Both the position numbers and the translations under genes were made by a program. Of a DNA stretch of 61,576 nt, positions 37,574 through 45,244 are shown piece by piece. The stretch's first letter is position 1. Every line of letters starts with the position of its first letter. The notes below the pieces were generated by a model. That model was not told the DNA's origin. It saw only the letters and a list, made by a program, of their open reading frames with translations, and searched no databases. The stretch lies in contig JALHTP010000159.1 of assembly GCA_022865725.1 (NCBI GenBank), forward strand, positions 1 through 61,576, in the 5' to 3' direction. This DNA is from Methyloceanibacter sp. GTDB lineage: Bacteria; Pseudomonadota; Alphaproteobacteria; Rhizobiales; Methyloligellaceae.

Positions 37574-37752
37574 TCGCGGGGGTGAACCGTCTTGGCGCCA
37601 TGGGCCACGGCCACGCTCAGCTTATTGCCGAAAAGGTCGTAGTGGCCACGGCGATACCAGCACCGCTTAAGCCCGATGCTGGCGGCGAACTCGTGAAGCT
37701 CGTCTAGCGATGAATTCGAGACCAGGTGAAGGCCGTCAGTCAGGATAGGCAT
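37498..37752 (-). CDS. DUF4031-family protein
   Basis: HLVS.SLDELHEFAASIGLKRCW..HYDL. Confidence 0.75.
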   Translation of the reverse strand: MPILTDGLHLVSNSSLDELHEFAASIGLKRCWYRRGHYDLFGNKLSVAVAHGAKTVHPRECAKARRVAMAAKDTNKWLLLAGSE

Positions 37753-38194
37753 TACGCGCCAACAGGATTCGTCCGTGTAGTATCCGAACCGTCGAGACGT
37801 GCCGGAGCCGGCCCATGGCTTGATAGTAGGGGCAGCCTAGGTGTACGCCGGCCGGCCGGTAGAACTTCCGTAGGGCTGATAGCCTCATGGTGCCGCCTGC
37901 GACCAGGATCGAGCCGCGGATGGGCTCCGCCATGGCCTGTAGACTCTTGGTGTGGAATTGCTCCCAGGCCTTATCGGCGGCCGGCCCTAGCACCTTCTCC
38001 ATGAGGTCGATTTGGGCGCGGTAGGTCTCCGGCGCCGTAGGCGAGCGATCCCACACCTGTAGGCCGAAGCGCGCCTCAAGCTCGCATAGCCGTGCTATGC
38101 CGGCGTCGTACTGGTCGGAAGCCTTACGGATCGCCGGATAGTCCTTGGGCCGGCCTAGCGGGTAAAGCTCGGCCTCGGTATGCCGGCGCGTCAT
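37736..38194 (-). CDS. Hypothetical protein
   Basis: ORF tiling with ATGA overlap. Confidence 0.55.
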   Translation of the reverse strand: MTRRHTEAELYPLGRPKDYPAIRKASDQYDAGIARLCELEARFGLQVWDRSPTAPETYRAQIDLMEKVLGPAADKAWEQFHTKSLQAMAEPIRGSILVAGGTMRLSALRKFYRPAGVHLGCPYYQAMGRLRHVSTVRILHGRILLARNAYPD

Positions 38195-38691
38195 TGGAGC
38201 CCCCGATCCTGTTTGACCCGCTCCATGGAGTCGTTCAGCACCTTCATTTCCTCATGGTCGCCGCCGGTATCGGGATGAAGGGTCTTAGCGCGGACGCGGT
38301 AGGCGGCCTCGATGACGTCCATGGGCGCATCGGGCCGGACGCCGAGGACCTCGTAGGGGTCGCGCATGGCCGCGCCGGCCGGAAGCATCGCCAGGCCGGC
38401 CGTGATGAGCTCGTCGAGGATGCCCCGCTGCTGCGCTAGGCGGAGGGATTCGATTACAGCCCAAAGGGCAAAGAGGTTCTGAGCCCACTCGCGGCTCTTA
38501 CGACACTTGATGGTCTGTTTCTTGCCGGCGCGCCAGAAGTCGATCATGGCGCCGCCGTCCGGTTCCTTGGGATAGATTTCGTACTCGTCTGGCGACATGC
38601 CCCACCGCCGGAACTCGGCGCGGATGTCGAGGCGGACAACGGCCGAAGACTTCCTTGTGCGGATATCGCCCGCGTTACGGTTTGGTCGCAT
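38191..38691 (-). CDS. J-domain (DnaJ-like) protein
   Basis: DPYEVLGV..AAYR..HPDTGG. Confidence 0.85.
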   Translation of the reverse strand: MRPNRNAGDIRTRKSSAVVRLDIRAEFRRWGMSPDEYEIYPKEPDGGAMIDFWRAGKKQTIKCRKSREWAQNLFALWAVIESLRLAQQRGILDELITAGLAMLPAGAAMRDPYEVLGVRPDAPMDVIEAAYRVRAKTLHPDTGGDHEEMKVLNDSMERVKQDRGLQ

Positions 38692-38706
38692 CGGGACTCC
38701 TTCCTC

Positions 38707-39147
38707 TCAGTTCCACGGTGGCTCCATCATGTCGGCGCCGGCCTTCTCGGCAGCGGCGCGGCAGGCGGCGATCCCGCCTAGCTGATTCCATGGCGGCGAC
38801 CATGGCGACCCGAAGGTATCGTTCAACGCCTGGGCGACCATCCGCCAGCTATAGCGCCATTCGATCCGCCACTTCGTTATCGCCGGCGCGATCCTAGAAT
38901 CGTGGGTGACCATCTGCTGCATGGCAGCCGTCATGATCTCAAGGTAGAGCGTCAGGGCCGCCGAATGCTCCTCTAGGCCTGGCGGCGTCATGAAACCGCC
39001 CACCTTAAGGATCGCCGCCATGTCTTTAGGTAGCGGGGCCTCGGCGATCACGTTAGCCGCCCGTAGGACTTCTTCATCCTTGGGGTGAAGGGTGAAACCG
39101 TCGCGTAGGGCGCGGTCGGTACTCAATAGCTTGGCGGTGTCGCCCAC
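38707..39147 (-). CDS. Hypothetical protein
   Basis: GAGGAG RBS; tiling. Confidence 0.55.
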   Translation of the reverse strand: MGDTAKLLSTDRALRDGFTLHPKDEEVLRAANVIAEAPLPKDMAAILKVGGFMTPPGLEEHSAALTLYLEIMTAAMQQMVTHDSRIAPAITKWRIEWRYSWRMVAQALNDTFGSPWSPPWNQLGGIAACRAAAEKAGADMMEPPWN

Positions 39148-39148
39148 G

Positions 39149-39367
39149 TTACTCCTCGTCGGTGAGGTCGAAGTAGCAGTTTCCGCATAGGTGGTTATTG
39201 TCGTCTTCGCGCTTGAACCGGCGCCGGATGGCCGCCGGCGCCCTCGAGAGAGGGTAGAGCCAGCCCATCTCCCAACGGCGCGGCGGACCTACCTGGTCGG
39301 GCGCCATGGGGAACTCCTCAAGGCATCGGTTACAGAACGGTCGGCGGTCGGTCTCTGGCATCGGCAC
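39149..39367 (-). CDS. Small zinc-finger protein
   Basis: CNRC..CGNC. Confidence 0.5.
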   Translation of the reverse strand: MPMPETDRRPFCNRCLEEFPMAPDQVGPPRRWEMGWLYPLSRAPAAIRRRFKREDDNNHLCGNCYFDLTDEE

Positions 39368-39444
39368 CCCCCTAGTCTAGCCGGCCGGCGCGGCCTGGGC
39401 TCCGTCCCCCGATGCGCTTCCATGCGCCGCCGGCCGGTAACGGG

Positions 39445-39473
39445 ATAGTAGCCGATACGGCTATCCTTGTCAA
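39445..39473 (-). promoter_or_regulatory. sigma70-type promoter with operator
   Basis: TTGACA-17-TACTAT, palindrome at 39449-39463. Confidence 0.8.
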
Positions 39474-39482
39474 GGGGTAGTA

Positions 39483-39510
39483 GGCCGCCCTAGGTTGCCC
39501 TAGGGCGGCC
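39483..39510 (-). terminator. Hairpin closing the array/RAMP operon
   Basis: Perfect 12-bp stem GGCCGCCCTAGG with GCAA loop; no clear U tract. Confidence 0.55.
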
Positions 39511-39541
39511 GCTAGACAGATAGCCAGAAAGACAGATCCTC

Positions 39542-39842
39542 TTACCCGCCTCGCCTTGCCTAAGCCAGCCGTACCGAGCCGGAGCAAACCTCGGCCCGCC
39601 ACACCACGCCCGCCTCGCCTTACCCTACAAAACCCCGCCGAGCCAGACCGGACACCACCCCGCCAAAGCTCGCCTCACCGTACCAAACCACGGCAGACCT
39701 CGCCCCGCCCGCCTCGCCGCACCCTACCTAGCCCCGACTCGCCCCACCTAGCCAAGCCGTACCTTACCCGACCCGCCTCGCCCTACCGCGCCAGACCCTA
39801 CCAGACCTCGGCTTACCTCGCCTTGCCACACCTTACCCCACT
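39542..39842 (-). ncRNA. GGY-NN pentamer array B (4 units), putative guide RNAs
   Basis: Strict 5-nt periodicity; 4-nt GGCG register shifts at 39774, 39710, 39611, 39547, each preceded by GGCGA. Confidence 0.85.
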
Positions 39843-39843
39843 A

Positions 39844-40524
39844 TCAGGCCGGCACCGCCAAGAGCCCCGTAAGGAGCCCGTGAAGGTGCCGTAGCCTTTC
39901 GTGTAGGATACTATCCCCGTCTTCTTCCAGTAGCCCGCCCTCGATGAAGGCGATTAGCTGCTCGACGTACTCGCGGACGGGGAACCCGCCGACCCGTTCG
40001 TTACCCCGATACTGTGCCGGCGTCAGGGTCGCGCCTGCTAGGTGGCCGATGGAGCGTTTTAGGATCACGCACTCGCCGTCCGGCCCTACGGCGAAACGGC
40101 CATGCCTGATTTCCTCGACGGTAGCCTTCGAGAGATTTAGGGCGTCGATGATCCGTTGGGGCGTGATCTTCAATTCTTCTGCCCGATTCAGACAGAAGGC
40201 GTGGTCGATTGGCGTTAGTGGCTCGCCGTGGCCGGCGTTTAGCCGCGCCGCATCGAGGAACATGTCCGCCTCGGTCTCGTAGCGGCGCCACTCGACCGCG
40301 ATCATCCCATCCGGCCCCGCGAATTGCTCGGTCGCCTTGATGCGGTGGAAGCCGTCTACGACGGTCTTTGTCTCCCGATCCGCGATAACCGCCGGTAGTA
40401 TCCGCCCGCAGCGTAGGGCCTCGACCAGGCGCCGAAGGTTCACGCGGCTAAGGCTCCGCCTCGGCTGTAGGGCCTCGTTTACGAATAGGGTACTGATCTT
40501 GACGTTGGCGACCCGCGCGGTCAT
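39844..40524 (-). CDS. ParB/Srx-like N-terminal domain protein, accessory to the RAMP locus
   Basis: LPAVI..VVDGFHRIKA..LNAGHG.PLT; ATGA overlap with the RAMP gene. Confidence 0.8.
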   Translation of the reverse strand: MTARVANVKISTLFVNEALQPRRSLSRVNLRRLVEALRCGRILPAVIADRETKTVVDGFHRIKATEQFAGPDGMIAVEWRRYETEADMFLDAARLNAGHGEPLTPIDHAFCLNRAEELKITPQRIIDALNLSKATVEEIRHGRFAVGPDGECVILKRSIGHLAGATLTPAQYRGNERVGGFPVREYVEQLIAFIEGGLLEEDGDSILHERLRHLHGLLTGLLAVPA

Positions 40525-41141
40525 TTCGGTTTCTTCCCGTTGACCGCTGCGGCCTCAAAGCGGCCGAACGTTCCCCCCTTCTCAGGGCGGAACTCTAGTA
40601 GCCCTGGGTAACGGCCAGCATTATTCAGCATCTCGACGATCAGGTCGGTAGATGCCCATTGGCCGGCGTCGTACTCGACCACTACCTCGATCTCCCACGG
40701 TAGCGGGATCATGGGCCGCGCCCTGACCACGCCGGAGCGGGCGACCACGACGCGCCGTAGGTCGATCTCGTAGGTGGTGATCGGCTCCCCGTCTCGATAG
40801 AGGACGATCTCCGGCTGCGGTAGAAAGACCGTAGCGGCCATGACCTGCCACAACGGCTGCTTTCGTTTCTTGCCGGCGACCTGGACTTCGTAGCCCTTGC
40901 AAGCCGTGATTAGGGCCTCTCGGACGGCTCCCCCTGGCACAAATAGCCGGCCATCGGCTAGCCGGTAGGCGCCGGCCTCGGCTTCTTCCTCGACACTAGG
41001 CGGCGCCTCGGGCTTTGAGGCTCCGCCACTACCCTCCGCCGGCTCCCCGCCGATGGTGCCGCGCGGACGCATCCCCTTGCTAGAGTGCATCAGTATGGGG
41101 CTGATCCCCTTGATCGTGGTCTTGAACGTTCCTAGCTTCAC
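40521..41141 (-). CDS. Stand-alone Cas7/RAMP-like protein (Vipr-like effector)
   Basis: TIKGISPILMH first strand, LFVPGGAVREAL (cf. IPGSSLKG), C-terminal G-rich loop GLLEFRPEKGGTFGRF. Confidence 0.75.
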   Translation of the reverse strand: MKLGTFKTTIKGISPILMHSSKGMRPRGTIGGEPAEGSGGASKPEAPPSVEEEAEAGAYRLADGRLFVPGGAVREALITACKGYEVQVAGKKRKQPLWQVMAATVFLPQPEIVLYRDGEPITTYEIDLRRVVVARSGVVRARPMIPLPWEIEVVVEYDAGQWASTDLIVEMLNNAGRYPGLLEFRPEKGGTFGRFEAAAVNGKKPK

Positions 41142-41175
41142 CGGTGTTTTGTCCTTTCCTTGGCTATCGAATCCC

Positions 41176-41698
41176 CTACCCTGTCCTCGCCTGCCTTACC
41201 CCGCCTCGCCTAGCCGGACCCTGTCTTACCAAACCTCGGCCTGCCCCACCTCGCCTCGCCCGCCTCGCCCTACCCGAACCCGCCTTACCGCACCCCGCCA
41301 GGCCTTACCGCACGCCGCCCGAGCCCGCCATGCCTTACCGCACCCCGCCCTACCCGCCTCGCCTTAGCCTGCCGGAGCTAGCCAGACCTTGCCCCGCCTT
41401 ATCATGCCTCGCCCAACCCCGCCCCGCCTTAGCTGCCTCGCCTCGCCGCACCTGACCTAGCCCCACCGTAGTGCGCCTCACCTCACCATGGCAGACCGCA
41501 CCATGCCCGCCTCGCCTCGCCCTGCCAAGCCCAACCTTGTCTCGCCCCGCCCAAGCCAACCGCGCCGCGCACCGCCGCGCCCTACCAAGCCCGACCTCAC
41601 CCGACCCGCCCCACCTCGCCTTGCTAAACCTGGCCACACCATGCCTTACCATTCCACGCCGCGCCTCGCCGCACGTAGTTACCATGCCGCACCGTAGT
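41176..41698 (-). ncRNA. GGY-NN pentamer array A (about 6 units), putative guide RNAs
   Basis: About 100 pentamers; register shifts at 41607, 41508, 41434, 41355, 41261; starts just after the promoter. Confidence 0.85.
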
Positions 41699-41726
41699 AA
41701 ATTACCGTGGGGAGCCATACCGTCGC

Positions 41727-41756
41727 ATGATAGCCGATACGGCTAGTGGATGTCAA
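41727..41756 (-). promoter_or_regulatory. sigma70-type promoter with operator driving array A-RAMP-ParB-array B
   Basis: TTGACA-18-TATCAT, palindrome at 41731-41745. Confidence 0.8.
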
Positions 41757-41762
41757 GGGGGG

Positions 41763-43781
41763 TTAGCCGACAAAAGTGATCCGGCCGCCACCTTTAAGGG
41801 CGTGGTAGACGGCGCCGGCGACGGCGTCGATCACGTCCTTACTACCGCCCTTGGGGTGATCTACCTTCTTGCCACGGATGAGGTCGAGGGACTTCCCCTC
41901 TTTCTGTAGGATGGGGTAGGGGTAGAAGCTGAGGTGGTCGCCGTTGATTAGCTCTTGGAGCGTGTCGTGGCCGATGGTGTCTCGGTCAAGGGAGAACTCC
42001 CGAACCTTGAAGCCCTCGCGCTTAAGGATTTGCTTGCTGTCGTAGGACTGCCAGCCGTCGTAGCTGACCAGGCCGGCCTTAACCTTGAACCCGCGATCCT
42101 GCCAGTCGCGGATTAGCTGCCGGACTCGCTCAAACGATATCTCGCCCTTCTCCTCGCGGACTGGCGGCGGCTTAATTTGCAGGACGACGTCTACGACGAT
42201 CTTCTTGGCCTTCGGGTTCGGGTCGCCTTCCTTGGTGGCGAAGTAGGGACAGCCAGGTACCGGCTTATGAGCCATGGCGATCCCGCAGGCGTCCCGCTTA
42301 GCCCCGAGGTCGACGTGAACAAACCGCCTCGCCGGACAGCAGGGCTTGAACCACTCCGCCAGGCGGCCGCTATCGTCGTAGGGATGCCCAGGCCGGCTAG
42401 TATCAGCCTGGCGATCCCACCGCTCGGGATCGGGATAGTAGCCCTCCGCCGAGTGCGGCGGGCGGGCGCCGAAGTCGCGCCAGAACGCGCGGGGATTGTC
42501 GGCGCCGTTCTGCGTTTTCCAGAGCCCGTCCTTCGTGAAGTTACGGTTGGCTTCCCAGGTCGCTAGCTGTAGGCCGAGCATGTTCGGGTGCGTCGGCGCA
42601 TCGTCGGCGTCGAACTCTAGGGCATCGTCGAGTAGGCGCATCGACTTGTCGCCTTCCCACTCCGGCGACGTTAGGACTAGCATCCGCGCCGCGTCCTTGA
42701 AGGTGGCGGTGGTAGCGCGCATCTTGTCCCACACGTCGTCGGCGTTATCGTGGCCCTCGGTATCCTTGAAGCGGGCGAGCTCGTCGAGGATGACCATATA
42801 GGACGTGCCGCCGACCTGGGTCGTCGCCTTGGAGTGGCCGCAGCGGATCACGATGTTCTTGGGGAGCCGGATTTCGAGGCCGGTAACGACGGCCTGCTCG
42901 CGGATCGTCTGAAACCAGACGCCGCCCGTATTCAGGCGGTCGAGGATGTGCTTAAAGACGTTGTTCTTCGCCTGCCGCTCCGCCGTCGCCATGTTGAGGA
43001 TCTGGATTTCCTGATTAGGCGCGAGCCCGTAGTAGGCCTGGGGGTCGGCCAGGGAAAGTAGCTCATAGGCTCCATACCAGGCGCAGACCGAACCGACGAC
43101 GCCCTTCCCGCTCCTCATGCCGCACACCAGGACCAGGATCGTGTAGGCCGCCAGCGGCGACATGAACTCCGTCAGGACTCGGTATTCCATCGGGAAGCTG
43201 GTCTCGATGTTCGCCAGCCCACAGAATCGGGCGTCCGTGCCGAAGGTGAGCGGGTCGACGATCCCGCCCATGGTAGCCGATGATGCGCCGGCGCCCTCGG
43301 GCGACGGTAGTAGGAGCCCCATCGCCGACGTGTCGACGCCGGCTAGCGCGAGCATCTGCGTGATATTCAACTGTAGGGCCGGAGCGTCAACGGGGATACC
43401 GGCGGCGCGGGCGATGTTCCGCCGGCACTCAAGGACAATCGCCAGCGCCTTCATCCGCGCCATGTCTCCTAGCGCGGCGTTCTCATGGTCGAACATGGCC
43501 GACCGCATTATCAGCATCAGCCCGTCGATATAGGTCGCCAGGGCGGCAAGCCCAATGCCGGCCTGTAGGTCGGCGACCTGCTGCTCTTTGATAGCGCGGA
43601 TGTCGGCAAGAACTTGATCGTAGGGGTCGGCCTGGTCTACGACGAGCTCGGGCATCTGCGAGCGTAGGGCTGCGAGAATACGGATCGGCGACTCCCCCAT
43701 AAGATGAAGGCGCCGGACGTGCTGCCGGCGTAACGCGATCCGTTCTGCGTCCATTCGGACTAGGCTAACCTTGGGCGGCAT
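41763..43781 (-). CDS. Terminase large subunit with an N-terminal TerS-like extension
   Basis: GMRSGKG Walker A, VILDE Walker B, VHVDLG, SKDVIDAV; leaderless TGCTAGAAT promoter. Confidence 0.9.
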   Translation of the reverse strand: MPPKVSLVRMDAERIALRRQHVRRLHLMGESPIRILAALRSQMPELVVDQADPYDQVLADIRAIKEQQVADLQAGIGLAALATYIDGLMLIMRSAMFDHENAALGDMARMKALAIVLECRRNIARAAGIPVDAPALQLNITQMLALAGVDTSAMGLLLPSPEGAGASSATMGGIVDPLTFGTDARFCGLANIETSFPMEYRVLTEFMSPLAAYTILVLVCGMRSGKGVVGSVCAWYGAYELLSLADPQAYYGLAPNQEIQILNMATAERQAKNNVFKHILDRLNTGGVWFQTIREQAVVTGLEIRLPKNIVIRCGHSKATTQVGGTSYMVILDELARFKDTEGHDNADDVWDKMRATTATFKDAARMLVLTSPEWEGDKSMRLLDDALEFDADDAPTHPNMLGLQLATWEANRNFTKDGLWKTQNGADNPRAFWRDFGARPPHSAEGYYPDPERWDRQADTSRPGHPYDDSGRLAEWFKPCCPARRFVHVDLGAKRDACGIAMAHKPVPGCPYFATKEGDPNPKAKKIVVDVVLQIKPPPVREEKGEISFERVRQLIRDWQDRGFKVKAGLVSYDGWQSYDSKQILKREGFKVREFSLDRDTIGHDTLQELINGDHLSFYPYPILQKEGKSLDLIRGKKVDHPKGGSKDVIDAVAGAVYHALKGGGRITFVG

Positions 43782-43808
43782 GGGCGGATTCTAGCACGAT
43801 CTCCGATC

Positions 43809-45242
43809 TCAGATCGGCGGGGTCGAATCTAACGCTAGTCTGTAATGCTCCGCCGCGCGCCAGCGGGCGGCGGGCGGCCAGGGCCACTTGACGATCTCCC
43901 ATGGCAAGCGCTCGGCGTCCTCGATGGTCGGCGCTAGGTCGACCGTGCCGGCCCCGCCGACCCAGGACTTGACTAGCTCCAACGGGGCTGCTAGGAAGTC
44001 CGCTACGTCGATAGCGATGGACTTCTCCCCCTGCGGCCAGATCACAAAGACGTGTCGGCTAGCCGATTGGCGGGCCATCCAGTCCTTGAATAGGTCGACC
44101 TGCCCGCGCATATCCCGCCCAGGCACAAACCGAGCCAGGGGCGCCGGCGGCGCGGGGTCGAAGGTAGTCATCTTGACGCGGCATATCCCCCACTTGATCG
44201 CCCGCGAAAACTCGTAGTAAAGCTCTCGGAACTCCGCCCAATCGCTCTCGGCCTCGTAGGGCGCGCAGGGTACAAAGAATAGGTGGCTATGAACGTGGTT
44301 GGTGTGGATGTCCTGTAGCAATTCGACCAGGCCGGCCGTGGGGATGGGCTTGCGGAAGGCGTAGCGTATGCGCTCCGAAAGGCCCTCGACGCCTAGCCGG
44401 CAGGACGATGGGCGGGCCGCGTACATGGCGGCGCGCGAGCGGCGGTTCCTAAGGGCGCGGTAGGAGAACGATTGGGCGTCGAGCTTACTGTCTATGTCTG
44501 TGAACCAGGGCAGGGCCGCCGGATCGTTGGACACTAGCCGGACGCGCTCCTTCGCCGCCTGTAGGCGCGTCATTTGACGGGTAACGTACTGCCCGTCCGG
44601 CTGGAATTGATAGATTTGCTGCCAGGACGTTGAACAGAATAGGCACTTGTTGGGGCATCCCTTGGCGACGATTAGCTGTACCACCTTGTCGTCGTTACGG
44701 ATCGGCGGGACCTGCCAGTCGATGTAGGTGTCGGGCTCCGCTAGCGTAGGCGCGGGCGCCGCTAGTAGCCACGGTCGGGCCACGTCGCGGCCCAGGCTGG
44801 CAATCTGACGGCGATCTAGGGCGTAGGGGTAGGTGGATACCCACGACCGGATTTCCTCTAGCGTCTTGCCGGCAGCGATGAGGGGGAGGAGCTCGCGCAT
44901 AAAGGCGAAGGCTTCGCCGATGGCGACGGCGTCGGCGGTGTCGAGGGCATGGAAGGGATTAGCCGACACGCCGCCGCCCGTTATGACGTAGGGCGCGGCG
45001 GCGCGCTTAGCGGGCGCCGGCTCTACACCTATGCTACGGAGCGCCCGCCGGCTAGCCGCCGAGAAGTTTTTGGCGCCGGCGTGGACTAAGAGGATGATGT
45101 CGGCGGTCTTCGGGTCTACCAGGCTAACGCCGGCCTGCCGGCACTCCCAGGATAACCAATGGCCGACGATGGACGCGACATAATCCTCGGCGTAGGCGGC
45201 CGACGTCTTCTCGTTAGCGTCGACGATGGCTAGGCGGGGCAT
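43809..45242 (-). CDS. Radical SAM protein (B12-binding-like N-terminus)
   Basis: KGCPNKCLFC, GVEGLSERIR. Confidence 0.85.
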   Translation of the reverse strand: MPRLAIVDANEKTSAAYAEDYVASIVGHWLSWECRQAGVSLVDPKTADIILLVHAGAKNFSAASRRALRSIGVEPAPAKRAAAPYVITGGGVSANPFHALDTADAVAIGEAFAFMRELLPLIAAGKTLEEIRSWVSTYPYALDRRQIASLGRDVARPWLLAAPAPTLAEPDTYIDWQVPPIRNDDKVVQLIVAKGCPNKCLFCSTSWQQIYQFQPDGQYVTRQMTRLQAAKERVRLVSNDPAALPWFTDIDSKLDAQSFSYRALRNRRSRAAMYAARPSSCRLGVEGLSERIRYAFRKPIPTAGLVELLQDIHTNHVHSHLFFVPCAPYEAESDWAEFRELYYEFSRAIKWGICRVKMTTFDPAPPAPLARFVPGRDMRGQVDLFKDWMARQSASRHVFVIWPQGEKSIAIDVADFLAAPLELVKSWVGGAGTVDLAPTIEDAERLPWEIVKWPWPPAARWRAAEHYRLALDSTPPI

Positions 45243-45244
45243 GA

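Noticed and set aside
41438-41507. Self-match of the IALI.. guide to capsid GPIALIGD, and of the ..GDGY guide (39714-39773) to protease AGDGY
   Set aside because: Only four consecutive positions agree, which is expected by chance
39542-41698. Classical CRISPR array or simple microsatellite
   Set aside because: No 25-40 nt repeats with unique spacers; the NN positions are too diverse for slippage-generated satellite DNA
41053-41746. Pro/Arg-rich ORFs over array A (and 39556-39894 over array B)
   Set aside because: Artefacts of 5-nt periodic DNA read in several frames; periodicity is not a multiple of 3 and there are no RBSs
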